A stretch of 63,972 bases of DNA, the filler included, from Craspedostauros australis (taxonomy: Eukaryota), in NCBI GenBank assembly GCA_030167865.1. It is 6 parts of 6 records of this genome, joined end to end, with 100 filler letters (N's around TTAATTAATTAA, not from the genome) between each part and the next. Parts side by side here need not be neighbours in the genome. Positions count along the whole stretch, not along the records: positions 1 to 24,251 come from JALAGF010000196.1; 5 more parts are not named here. One strand, given 5' to 3'. Every line of letters begins with the position of its first letter. Position 1 is the first letter of the stretch. Made by a program: the position numbers and the translations under genes. The notes beneath the pieces are model-generated. The model was given only the letters and a program-made list of their open reading frames with translations. It made no database searches and had not been told where the DNA came from. This document shows, piece after piece, positions 11,654-23,539 of the stretch.

Positions 11654-12787
11654 TCATTCACTCGCTCCTTTCGCGGTCGATCCCATGATGGTCATCCTGT
11701 CGCTCTGACCAAAGTACAAACCAACGATAACGATGAGAGTGTTGATGGATGCCAATTTGTTTCGTTGTTCGCGTTCTTGCTCGCTTCCATGATCATCGTC
11801 GTGGCCGCCGTCAGCCTTTGCGACAAGCTTCAATTTGCTGCGTTCCAACGTCAGCGCCTTCAGCAGTCCGTACAGCGTCGCCGCATCATCCCTGTGAATG
11901 GGTGTCTCCAACCGCGCCAGCAATGAATATAGCCACATTGCGCGCTTCTCTCTGCCCGCCTCCCACCCGAGCTGCACAAAGTGGCACATGTGCGACAAGA
12001 CCCGACGGTTCAGCACGGCATCCAGCTGCAGCAAGAGTGCGACAGTGGGATGGTGGCCATCCTTCGGAAGATCTGCCATCCATGCTGGTTGGTCGGGAAC
12101 CATGTCGCTGCTGGCAGTTCCATTCGGCATGTGGGTGGCGCATGTTCCGCCCGCTTGCTGTTGCGTGTTGCCGCTCGCTGAACTTGATGCAGCAGCTCCT
12201 GTTGCTGCGCCATTGTCGTTGTCATCATCCCCGAAGTAATCATCTTCGTTGCCGTGAGCCTCATTCTCGCCCACGCAGAAGATGTGCCAACCCGGCCGAT
12301 CCTTCATAGGAGGGACACGCCATCTCCGCGTCAGCTTGCCACCCACACCCAGCTTCTTGCATTCCTTGAGGTATTGCCTCAACTTTTCAAAGTTCTGCAA
12401 CGTTCCGTCCACCCAGTTCGGATTGCGCGGCAGGTAGAGCTGCGATGGCAGCGGCGTGATGGATGCGCGCGGCGATATCAAGTACTGCAAACTTGCTGCG
12501 GATCCGTCGATCGGTGTCACTCTTTCCTTCGATCGTGTGCTTCCGGATTGCGGTCGCTCTTCCTCTTCTTTTGTTGCTGATGCTGTGTCGTCAGTTGGTG
12601 CGGACTCGAAGAACTCCGGCATCTTGCGGGCCTGGTTGGAGACGGCCGCGAGGTATGCGGAAGCATCCATGGATTGGATATCCACCGTGCCGAAGTCGAC
12701 TTCATCCTCTTCTTCGTTGTCGCCATCATCTCCGCGCTTCCGCTTGGATTTCTTGCGTTTCGGCACGGTCAGGCAAGCTTGGGACAT
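11654..12787 (-). CDS. GEMIN2: Gem-associated protein 2 (SMN complex, Gemin2/SIP1)
   Basis: DASAYLAAVSNQARKMP, PTVALLLQLD, WLYSLLARLETPIHRD and LIVIVGLYFGQSD match the Gemin2 consensus. The likely ATG is 12787 (cacaATG), because the upstream ORF extension reads as AC-rich 5'UTR. Confidence 0.85.
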   Translation of the reverse strand: MSQACLTVPKRKKSKRKRGDDGDNEEEDEVDFGTVDIQSMDASAYLAAVSNQARKMPEFFESAPTDDTASATKEEEERPQSGSTRSKERVTPIDGSAASLQYLISPRASITPLPSQLYLPRNPNWVDGTLQNFEKLRQYLKECKKLGVGGKLTRRWRVPPMKDRPGWHIFCVGENEAHGNEDDYFGDDDNDNGAATGAAASSSASGNTQQQAGGTCATHMPNGTASSDMVPDQPAWMADLPKDGHHPTVALLLQLDAVLNRRVLSHMCHFVQLGWEAGREKRAMWLYSLLARLETPIHRDDAATLYGLLKALTLERSKLKLVAKADGGHDDDHGSEQEREQRNKLASINTLIVIVGLYFGQSDRMTIMGSTAKGASE

Positions 12788-13274
12788 TGTGCTCCTCTCG
12801 TTCGATTGGTTGAGATCGATGGATGAAGGGGTTGATTGATTGCTTGTTTGATTGTTGTGATGGCTTCTGAAGTTCTGTTTGGATTTTGTGGTTGACACGG
12901 AAATGAATGGTTGATTGGTTGGTTGGTTTGTTGGTTGGTTGGAGATGGAAGAACGAGGATCCATGGTCTCTTGTGTGCACAAGAGTTCCCAATTCGCCAG
13001 CGGCACCCACGCCAACTCATGGTATACACTCAGCACGGTAGCCTAATGAAGCAACGGCACACATGGGCAGAACATAAGAGTCTGCCGTCCTCTGCTCCTC
13101 TCCTCCGCAGATATGTGATGTTGCATTACCAATGGAACGTGCGGTATAATAGCAGACTGCTCTATTCTAAGGGCAATGCGATTCAGTTGATCTTATCGAT
13201 TTGAGTGGTGACCAACGCCGCCAGCACCAACACGCATTCAATTCCAAACCCAAATCAAGCATACGGAATGAAGT

Positions 13275-16190
13275 CTACGCCAACACTTCGAACCTGCCAT
13301 CCGACTTCTTGATCAGCAACCCGTTGCTTCGCATGTCATCGATCAGAGTTTGGAATTCGCTGATGGAGCATTCCACCCGGTCCGCGACTCGGCGCAGATC
13401 ATCCATGGTGCACATGCCGCCGACTCCGATGATCCTGTGAACATGCTGGATGAAGAGCTTGCGCATCTTGCGGTTGGAAAGGCCTGCAGCGCCTCCGCGG
13501 GATCTGTCCACTATGCCGAACTCGTCGGTGTGCACCTGCTCAACGGAGCATTCCAGAAGCTCCACAACATCCAGCGCGTCCTCTCTTAGCACGAATTCAC
13601 GCAGGCACGCCTTGGCGCGGGCCTGTGACAATCGGATCAACGCCTCCAGCTGCCTGGTGGTGATGGGCACTGTGTCGTACTTGTCTTGAGCACCACCGGG
13701 GTACCGCAGCTTGAGGTAGTATTCCTTCAGCACGGCGGCTGCTTCTGGCGTGAGCTTCGGCTTGCAATACTCCCTCGCGTACGAGATGTATTCGCGGACC
13801 AAACTGGCCGGCAGCGGTTCGTTGAAGCTGGACACCCACGCCAAGCGCTTGCCCAAAGGTACTCGATTTGCGTGCCTACCCACCGTTCTCTGTCTGCCAC
13901 TCCCACCATTGGCATTGCCATCGCCACGTTCCTGCTGCTCCTGCTGTTGCTGCGCAATCTGATCTTGACGTTGCTGTTCAAGTTCCATCATGAGGTTGTT
14001 CGTGCTCGCGGCGACGTTGCTGCGGCCGTTGCGGTACAAGTTCATAATATTGCTCGAAACCAACCGATCCTGTTCCTTATCTGCTCGGTCACGCAATATG
14101 AACACCAGATCGAAACGTGAGAGGATTGGGCGTGCCATGTTCAGATTCTCCGCCACTGTCTTGCTCAGACTGTAGCTGCCGTGCTTGGGATTGGCAGCAG
14201 CGACGATGCTGCAACGCGCAGGCAACGAAGCCACTGCTCCCGCCTTCGCGATTGAGACCTGCTGCTGCTCCATAGCCTCGAGCAACCCGTCCAGATTCTT
14301 GCACTTGTCCAGTTCGTCGATACATGCCACGCCTTGATCGGCCAGCACCAAGGCTCCCGCTTCTATTCCGGTTTCTCCACCCTCTTCCTTCGTCAGCGTC
14401 ACGGTGAGACCTGTCGTTGACGCCGTCGTCCCTCCAACGTACACACTGCGCGCTGCCAATTGCGTCGCGGCAAGCAGCATCTGACTCTTCCCCATACCTG
14501 GATCGCCCACGATGAGGATATGGGAATTGCTTCTGATGGAGTTGCCGCGATCGAAGGATTGCGATGAAGGCGGGGTGCCACCAAGCAGACACAGCAATAT
14601 CCCTGCCTTGACCTCGTGATGACCAATGATGGAAGGGCACAAGGACCGCACCAGCAAGTCGAAGGGGAATGCCCGGCGCTCCACCAAGCTGAAGCATCGG
14701 TGATCTGCGTGGCACAGCTGCGTTATGTTCTGCATTTGTTGCTTCGTGAAAAGGATCTGCTTGCCCTCCTCGCTGCTTGAGTGGCCTGGGCGGTTGCTTT
14801 CTGACGTTGTCGTGATGGAGTGCGCTTGCAGGAAGAGCTTGTAAGTGCTGGTTTCCATGGCGCGCTTTCCTGCCCTCCCAGCAGCCAAGGCTGTGTTGAC
14901 GGCATCGACGTAGCATGCCAGCAGTATTGTGTCACCAGGCCGGCAGGCATCGATGAGGTCATCCTTGATCTCCACTTCGATCTGCCTTGGTGTCCTACCT
15001 GCATGCATCGTGCTTTCCTCCTGCACTTCCTGCAACCGCAGCTCCTGCACGTTGGTGTACCGTGCTGTGCTTCTTTGCAATGTGAAGGTCCTGGATCTGC
15101 ATTCCGGCCCCGTACATTTGGTGGGGAATGAAAACCGGCCCTGATGGAATGCATGCGTCGTGACTTCCCCGCACTTGCAGCATGTGAAGTCCGCCGTCAC
15201 CACACGCAGGCGCTTGTGACGTGCCTTGACCACGTGCCCCTTCACGGAGATGAACTTTTTGAGCAACCCTGTTTTGATGTCCGCCATCTTTAGCGGCGGA
15301 GTGACCCTCAGCAGCCGGATGGTGAGGCGCGATGAATCCAGGTACCGTTCCAGCCGTGCCAGGCTGGCTGTGTCAGGTTGTGTTGACGGGGGCTGTATGT
15401 CTCTCCACACCGACACGATCGCCAGTGCCATCGAAACGTTGAGCACAGGAATGGCATCAATCGGGAGATGATGCTGCAAGCAATTAGAGAGTACGCAAAT
15501 CATGCGGGGGCATTTGGTGTTGGAATGTCGAGATGTTCACACCGCGACAATGGAGCGAGTATTCGCAGATGATACGTGTGCAGAGCAGAAGAGTTGATGA
15601 GAAACAGCGTCAGTCTGCGTGCTTCAATGATCGCCGCGACGCAATCAAATCTCACCTTTTCAAGAGCAAAGAGACGCACTTGTAGCAGTGTTTGCAAGAC
15701 GCACCAGAAAGGCCCCGAAGGAAAGGTTGCGCCTCTGCTCATCGGAGGCTTGCCCTTTGAACTCGAAGTGATCTATCTCGGCCATGATCTCCCCGTACTG
15801 CACCTGGAAGATGCGCCTGCCGCCACGCAGACGCACGATGTCGAACGACCCATCCTCGTTGCGGGTTGGGATGAAGAACCGCGCAAAGGCCTTGAGGCAG
15901 CTCTGTCGGAAATCCTTGACGTACGACATCTTGTCGTGATCGAGCCGCAGTTGGAAGTCTTCGCTCATCTGAAAATTCTCTTGCAGGACCTTCTTGAGGA
16001 AGTGAAGGAAGAAGTTGTGCAGCCGCAGAATGTGGCCGTAAGTACGCTTGCTGGAGAGCACCGGCCTGTCCTTCGATTCAGCCTGCGAAGCGACCGTGAC
16101 ATCCAGCATCTCTCTCGTTTGCACATCCCACAGGCGCTGCAGATCCGCGCGCTGGATGGGGTCAAAATCCCTCAATCCGTCTGAATTCAT
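13275..16190 (-). CDS. MCM8: DNA helicase MCM8; exons 16190-15705, 15473-13275
   Basis: Zn finger CCKC...CTGPEC, Walker A GDPGMGKSQML (MCM8-type), GLTVTL, EAGALVLADQG, Walker B IDELDK, arginine finger SRFD, sensor II PITTRQLEALIRL. Phase-0 intron CTG|GTGCGT...ttgcag|CAT. Confidence 0.88.
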
Positions 16191-16193
16191 CCT

Positions 16194-16277
16194 GTGCTTG
16201 TGGAGGTGCTTGTGAAGGTGCTTGTGGAAGTGCTTGTGGAAGTGCTTGTGAAGGTGCTTGTGGAAGTGCTTGTGGAA
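16194..16277. repeat. 12-bp tandem repeat, 7 copies (GTGCTTGTGGAA/GTGCTTGTGAAG), abutting the MCM8 start codon
   Basis: Units counted directly: GGAG, GAAG, GGAA, GGAA, GAAG, GGAA, GGAA endings, forming a 36-bp higher-order duplication. Confidence 0.95.
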
Positions 16278-17094
16278 GCGTCAAGCGATAGACACATGCG
16301 ATGGCTTTCCAGATGTTACTGTTGTTGGTGGTACTATTCTTGATGCCGATGTTGTGCGTAATTGTATGTCCTCGTCTGTGCAGGTGTGGTGTCTCCAACA
16401 TTGCCATTGTCGGTCTTCTTGTGTTGGTTTCTTGTGTTCGCGATGTTGGTGATCTTTGTTGGCCTCGACACCTCATCACATCTCCATTTGTGGCGATCAA
16501 ACTTGCCACCATTTCAGCGAATGACTACTGCGACTAAAAACATCATGCGATCCAATCACAATCGTCCCTTCGGGCACCCTCCAGCACACCATCTGTTCCG
16601 TGCTCGTTTGGGCGCTTGTGCGTTGTCTTCGCCACGTCGCTCCTTGTCAGGAATTGTTCCGCGGAGTACTCGCGCTCTGCACCGCCGTGTTCTTCGCGGA
16701 GGAAAAGGACAATTCCGCGTGCCGAATTCACAAAGGAACGCCAAGAGAAACATCAAACAGGTCAGCATTTGGTCCGCTGCGGTAGCGCTCGACGCAAACG
16801 GTACACACACACACACACACGCCAACAAAGGGCGAGGGAACAGACTCCCAGGAGAGGAACAAAGCAGTCAACACAACCTCAACACACAGAGAGCATCTCA
16901 GGAGGACGACGAGCGAAAGCACACACACACACACACGCATACACTCATTAATTCATTCGTCCCCTCCTTCGTTCTTGTGTTTGGCCAGTCAACCATCACA
17001 AACACTTCAAGCGACACAACTCCGTACACACAAAGCGCGACCAGCTCTCCTCTCTGCCACTCTCTTCCCTGTCTCTTTTGAAGCAATTGCGACA

Positions 17095-19277
17095 ATGGCC
17101 TTTGAGCAGCCCATAGAGGCAGACCAGATCGGCGGAGACTTCAACGTCCTCTCTGCATTTGTGAGAGCGCCTCTGTGGATCCTGGGTGGAGTGCTGGGCG
17201 GAGCGCTCAGCAATGCTTCCAGCAAATCTCTCTCATCCTCGGCTCCATCATCGTCGTCATCATCGTCTTCGTCGCTGGCATCTCTGGACAACGCCAACAA
17301 CCTTCATGCGTGTGACAACGATGGACAGTCCTCATCCAGAGACGGCGCTGCATCAGCGGGAGAAGAAGAAGAACATGAATGCTATCAAACTGGTGCAGAT
17401 GCGGGCACCACACAACATGCCCACACGCCGCAAGGGCGCAACGGGAGCCGCTTCCCGCCAAGACCACGGGCGCTGTCCACGAGCGACGTCGCTCAGCGTA
17501 TCTGCGGATCACCTCCACGCGTCCTCCGGCGCAGCAGACGAAAGCTCAGCTGGTCCGATCAGAGAGGCGAGAACTTGGTGGAGTTTCAAGAGCAGGTAAG
17601 CGGCAGCAGCGGCTTGACGATTGCATTTGTATCGCGCTCATTGCAGGATGTGCGTTGCCTTTTCTTGTTTTGGATCGCGTTTTGGAAGAAGCAAAGACAA
17701 GGAATGGCACACAAGAGCCAAACACGAAGTGGAGAGGAAGATCACCAAGAGAGACTGCTTCAAGGTGTCATTCACAAAACAAGCCAAGTTTGTGTCAACT
17801 CTGCAGAGTGCAAGAATGCGAACTTTTTGGTCCCAAGACAAACTTCCAACGCTCGGTTGAGTCGAGGGGAGACGACCACAAAGAAGCCAACAGACACGAA
17901 AGAATGACGGGTGTCACATTTATTGGTGACGCTCCGTCTCGCCAGTGTCAAAGGCCATCTTATTTCTGTGGCCACTGGCGCCCCATGAATGAATTCGGTG
18001 AGGTCCGTGGTGATGGCGGGCGGCACAAGAGCACTTTGTTGATGCCGTTCTGTCCGCGCACCACCGACCACGTGATGGGCCATCGCCTCATGTCGCGTCG
18101 CGCCATTCATCAAACTTCGCAAGAGATCTGAACCGTGATAGCCTCCGTTCGCTTTCCTCACGACCAGACAAGGCTGTCCACAACACCACAACATCAGCAG
18201 CCAGAGCAACAGAATCACTCGCACAGTTCATCTGGGAATCTCTCTCACCCACCCACTACCGTCTCCACTGTCACTGTCACCATCATCACCGCCCTGGTCT
18301 TTGCCATCCCTCGTTCATTCTCATTCTCCCATTCATCTCTACTTTCCGGTCGCTGCTTCATCGATTGCGGAACTACCAACATGAATCCGAACATGCTGAC
18401 ATTCGCTGCGTTGCAACACCAACGTCTGTCGCAACACGCACATGCGCACGCCCACGCGAATCAACACAATCGGTATCCCTACCACTTCCCAAATCCATTC
18501 GTTCCGCAGAGAGACAGCGGGTTCAAGCATGCGGAACGACCGCCACCAGGCATCAGCGCCAAGCCCGTCAAGTCGGCCTTGAAAAGGACAGAACGGACCA
18601 TCAGCGAAGAGCAGGGATCGTCTGTGGAAAAGTCAATGGCTCAGTCTGCATACGCATCCGCATCATCAGTGGCGTCGGCGGCGTCATCTTCTGACGAGGA
18701 CAACACGCCGAGATACATTCCACGCATGCACACGGCGAAGAACAGCTCGCTTGTGTTGTCCCAACGATCGTGCACCAAATCGAGCGTTGAAGATGAGAGC
18801 CCGCAGTGGGGCTTCTACACGACGCTCACACCACCGACTCCGGAGATGTACCATGGCCATTCGCACGCCACGAACCCTGCATCAGCCATCGGTGTCGGTG
18901 TGGGGCAGGTACATCACCAGTTTGGTTCTCACAATCACCAACTACAGAATCCTGGCCCGCACGCGCTCCAGTGGCATCAACACCAGCATCAGCTTCCGCC
19001 TGCTTCGCTTCTTGCTGTTGCAACTGATGGTAACGGCAGCAGCAGCAACGACGGTGATCGTGATCGCACTCGTGATTGTGCTACGGATGGTAGACAAATG
19101 GAATCTACGGAAGAGTCGCAAGACATTGCCGCCACTGATGCGTCCTCGGGCATCGGTGGGATGCAATCGGCGCAGCACGCCGAACGATGGCAGCACAAGC
19201 CACACCAAAACAAGATCTTTCAAAGGTTCCAAGCGAACAAGACGGCTCCAATGGGTTGGACGAGCGTGCCCATCTGA
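17095..19277 (+). CDS. Hypothetical intrinsically disordered protein with PP1-docking-like motifs; probable exons 17095-17595, 18510-19277
   Basis: acaATG at 17095. Strong donor CAG|GTAAGC at 17595/6 and in-phase acceptor ttccgcag|AGA at 18509/10. Low-complexity Ser/His/Gln sequence with short motifs RRKLSWSDQRGENLVEF, KSALK, SPQWGFYTTLTP and terminal GWTSVPI. Confidence 0.55.
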
Positions 19278-19845
19278 AGTTGCAGTCGCAGGAGTGCTGC
19301 GTACTGAAGGAGGTATTACGTGCATGTGGCGGTTGTAATACAGCGCAACAATACCCCATAGCAGCGACGTGACATAGAGCGAGCGAGGAGCGCGACGAGT
19401 GAAAATGAATACTCTACGCCGCCTGCGCCTTACCTCCTCCATCAGAATCATGGAAGTCGATGCCCATGATCCGATTGTCAGTGCAATACATGAAATCAGG
19501 CATTTTTGAATCAAACCAACAAACACACGCACAAGCAACCAACCAACCAGTTGGTGTCAACCCGGTTGCGAGCCAAGCGACAATTCGCACGAAGAAGAAT
19601 CAAACAATCATGCACAATAATGTTAGAGCGCATTCGAATACGAGTAGAATAACTTATTGATAAAGTATGGTACTCGACAAACATGATCACAGAGACATAC
19701 GCAAACAGCGTGCGAACATCAAACATTACGAGCGCACACTCCACCAAACAAGTGTCTTGAAATGAGCTGTTCTACTGCTTTATTCAGAGCAATTCAGAGT
19801 AGAGTCGAGTAGACTATGGCCTTTCGCAACTCTCGTATTTGTTTC

Positions 19846-22440
19846 TTAGAGGTCCTGCTCCTGCTCCTGCTCTTTCGTTGATTCTTCATCATCCAGGTTG
19901 GTCTCCTCATTGTCTCCGCTGGCGTTGGCATCTTCTTCCTCCTCTGACATTTCCGGCCATTCGTGTTCGTGCAACACCTCCGCACCGTACTTGTTCTCCA
20001 GATTGATCCAAAGCTTCTCCTTCTTGTTCCTGTACTTCCACACCAAGTACCGGGCATTGTTCAAATCACCGTCGGAGATGGAACCCGGAATGACGTGTTT
20101 GTAGTAAGCCAGCAACCGTCTCGTGTCGCGCTCGAACACCCTCTCCTCCCAGTACGACTTGATGAGGAAGCCTCCAAAGAATGCGACGGCCAAGAATACG
20201 CCGATGTACCACTGCAACGCAGAATTGCGCGCCGTTTTGACTGCTTGGACCACCGATTCGCTGCAATACGTGAATGTATGATATCCATGGCGTTGGGTGG
20301 ACGCACGAGTATGGAGAGTGCCGTGATTTATGGTGAGAGTGCATGCATTTTGGGTATCGTCGAATAACAACATCAATGCATGGTGACAAAAGGAATAACA
20401 AATCCATCATTAGTACGGCACAGAACAGTACAGAATCGGACAGCGCAGCGCAGCACAACACAAACGCCACATGGCACCCCGCCCCCACGGAACGTACCGT
20501 TCTCCGACCAAGGCATGGGAGATCTGACCAGTCGATCCCATCGTGAGTTCCAATGCCACGCGCTCGCAGGCGATCTTATTCTCGTCCTTGTCCTTCTGCA
20601 CGAGCGGTGACATGACATCGCCAACCGTCTGCCATTCCCCATCGCGCGTGAGCTTCTGCAGGATTTGCACGCGCAGGTTCAGCGCAGCCTCTTCACGTTT
20701 CGGGATGTGCTTGGAACCTTCGTTGGCCTTGATGGCCTTGAGCAGAGCCTCCTCGTTGAGGTCGAGCTTACCGTCGCGGTAGACGGCGCATTCGGCCGCA
20801 TTGAGATCGATCGCGTACGGACCAGCTGGCACGCGTCGATCGAAGTCGAAGATAGTCTTGACCGGTTGCCACTTGTCCGAATTGCCTCCGTGGTAGTTGA
20901 TCTTCACGCCCAAAGCAACGGGCGCGACGTTCTGCACCTTGATGCTGAGCTGCGCCTTCGGCTTCTTGCCTTGCATTGTCACCGTCCTGTAGATTCTGCC
21001 ATGACTGACGCCTCCGAGGATGGATGCACCGAGGCTGATGCATTCAATCTTCGTCGAGAAGGCGAGCAGCTTCTCCCAATCCTCCAACGTCAGCTGCAGC
21101 TTGGACCACTTGTCTTTGATCGCCTTTTGCTCGGCGACGGTGCCGTACGTGATGAATCCAACGGGGTTGTCTGCCTCCGGGAAGAGCGTGTCGAGGTTCT
21201 CGTACACCTCGCTGATGCACTGCTCTATTCTGGACATGGGGTCCTCCGTCCTGTACGAGACTGTGGTGAGCACGTTGTAGTTTCCGTACACGCAGGAGAG
21301 GTTGTCGGGTTGCGGCGAGGATATTTGAATGGCAGTGCACTCCGCGGTGTCCTTGGTGACTCCCGCTAGCACAAGAATGACCTCCTCGTTGAACTGCGCG
21401 TCGGGATTCTTGACGAGATCCCGTTGGTAGGCCTTGTGCATGGCCTGCATGACCTGATTGAGATGCTCCAAGAGGTTGTTTGCCTTCGATTCCGTTCCAG
21501 GCAGCAAGGCACCGGCCAGAGCGCAGGTGCTGCGTTGGAAGACGACGCCCGTACCATCAGTGGCCTCGATCAGGGCCTCGACGCAGGCATCATGGCAGTA
21601 CGCAGCAGGAACGGGGATTGCGCACGGGTAATCGACGAAGGCTTCCTCCTCCAGGCCGATCTTGGTCTGCTTCGCCACGTGGTACTGTGCCTGATTGAGG
21701 ACAAGCTGCAGGGACTCCTCCGGGAACATGGAAAGGGCCTTCTTGGATTCATTGAGGCGGACCTTCGTGACGACACGGTCGTAATCATCACCCTGAGGGG
21801 TGGAACCATCCAGGGTCCCGTTGGACATGGTCACGCCGACGGACAGGCTGGATTCCTCGGCGATGACGGGCGTGATGGAGTCGTCCTCCTTGACCTTGCT
21901 GCGAAGGTACGCCGGTGCATCCGACAGACGCCGCAGTCCGATCCATCGCTGCGGATCTTCGATCGTCACCGTGCCTTTCTCGCCGCTCTTGCCCAAGGTA
22001 TCCTTCTGCACGTCGCTGTAGGTCTTCGTCTTGGACAGCCACTTGCGCAGGGTCTTGTGCGATGCCTCGGATGCCTTCATCACGACGCTCGACTTCATCT
22101 TGCCGATCAGTTCCACGCGCGGCTGATTCGCGGGATCCTCCGGTTTGGGCGGAAAGTACGCCACGCAGGGCTCCGATCCGTACAGATCCACCCCCACGAG
22201 CGGGTACTTGGACAGGTCGCGGGCCTGCTTCAGCGACAGGTTCTGCTGCTTATCCACGAGGTCGGCACCCAACGCTGCGGCGGACGGAGGCGGGGCGGAG
22301 CCGAAGGCGCTGCTGGCCTGCGGTGGTGGGGTGGGCTGGACGGGCTGTCCCACGGCATTGGCCTGATGGGCCATCACGAGGCCGCCTCCCATGGCACCGG
22401 CTCCGGCGCCGCCGAGTCCTCCTGCTGTTGCTAACGACAT
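19846..22440 (-). CDS. Degenerate Hsp70-like protein with a transmembrane helix and small C-terminal 'KYG' domain; exons 22440-20498, 20260-19846
   Basis: Hsp70-ordered degenerate motifs VGVDLYG, IPVPAAY, RSTCALAG, ECISLGASILG, QNVAPVALGV. Phase-2 intron CG|GTACGT...ttgcag|C joins to RESVVQAVK..., then TM WYIGVFLAVAFFGGFLI, then RLLAYYK...KYRNKKEKLWINLENKYG. Confidence 0.75.
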
Positions 22441-22900
22441 GCTGCCTAACGAATCGATGAGTGGGCTTGGGCTTCGAGTCAACTTTTGGATGTGAATGTG
22501 AGCGTAGTCGCAGTTGCAGTTTCCGATGATTGTGATCCTATCTTGAAAGATGCGTTTGCCTCCATTGTTTTGTGTCCGTTGCGTTGGGTTGTGTCGTGTT
22601 GCTTTCTCTTCTCGTTTGGTTTCACGTGGAACGCAATACCATCGAGAAAGTTGCAAATCGAGTACCTTCGATACAACGGATCTGATACTACGAGGCTGCT
22701 AGCTACTACTTCCGCACGGAGCTAGAGAGGGGCTCTGCTGCTACTCCGACACCTTGTCCACACCTCCAAATTTTTATTGCACGTGGATAGGACACGCAAA
22801 GTACATGTATTATTTCACATTCTAAACGAAGTTACGATACGATGCGAAGGGTCGATCTACCATGATCGCGAGAGGGAAGGATGCATTCCGCCAGAGTTCC

Positions 22901-23539
22901 CTAATCTCGTTGCGATCCTTGCTGCTGTTTGGAGCGTCGCGATCGCTTCTTGCGTTCACGTCGTGCCGATGATGAACGCTCCCGAATGACTTCCGGCTCG
23001 CCTCTCTCTGCGTGCTGGTTGTAACTCTCATCGAAGTCGTCGTAACCGTAACCGTATCCGTCGCCGATGTACGACTGCTCTTTACGTACCAACGACACCT
23101 CGCGCAGGAACGTCTGGAACTCTCGATCTTCGAGCCTGGACTGTCCCACGTGCACAAAGTCGACAGAGTACTTCTTCGCCGCCTTGCAAATCTCGCATGC
23201 GGCAGACGCGCACTTGTGGACATCGGTGTTGCCATCGTCGTCCGTGCTCCTGTTGTTGTTGTTTTCCTCCGTGAGCGCCGATTCCACAATTTCCGCATCG
23301 TTCATGATGACATCACGTGCCGATTCGTTGTCGGTGGAGTCGTCCTCATCCGTCTCCTCCTTCACCTCCTTCACGACGACGCCATCTTCCAGGTCCCTGT
23401 CTTGTATGGCCGCCCGTGATTGCGCCGCCAGCTTGTCCGCCTTCTGCGCCCTGGCTCTCTTTACCAATTGCGCAGCATACCAGACCAAAAGCACTGCTGC
23501 GAGGAATGATCCGATCAGTGCGATCGCTCCTGCCACCAT
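22901..23539 (-). CDS. Hypothetical single-pass membrane protein with a VHxCxSxxCxxC motif
   Basis: 212-aa ORF with N-terminal hydrophobic helix, acidic middle and VHKCASAACEICK. Coding-like codon usage. Confidence 0.65.
   Translation of the reverse strand: MVAGAIALIGSFLAAVLLVWYAAQLVKRARAQKADKLAAQSRAAIQDRDLEDGVVVKEVKEETDEDDSTDNESARDVIMNDAEIVESALTEENNNNRSTDDDGNTDVHKCASAACEICKAAKKYSVDFVHVGQSRLEDREFQTFLREVSLVRKEQSYIGDGYGYGYDDFDESYNQHAERGEPEVIRERSSSARRERKKRSRRSKQQQGSQRD

Noticed and set aside
15655..15662. Alternative donor AAAG|GTGAG or stop-codon readthrough in MCM8 exon 1
   Set aside because: The upstream donor at 15704 gives a clean in-phase join, and the TGA at 15660-15662 falls within the intron.
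16194..16277. Tandem repeats here and at 29513-29568 as CRISPR arrays
   Set aside because: Units are 10-12 bp, contiguous without spacers, there are no cas genes, and the context is eukaryotic.
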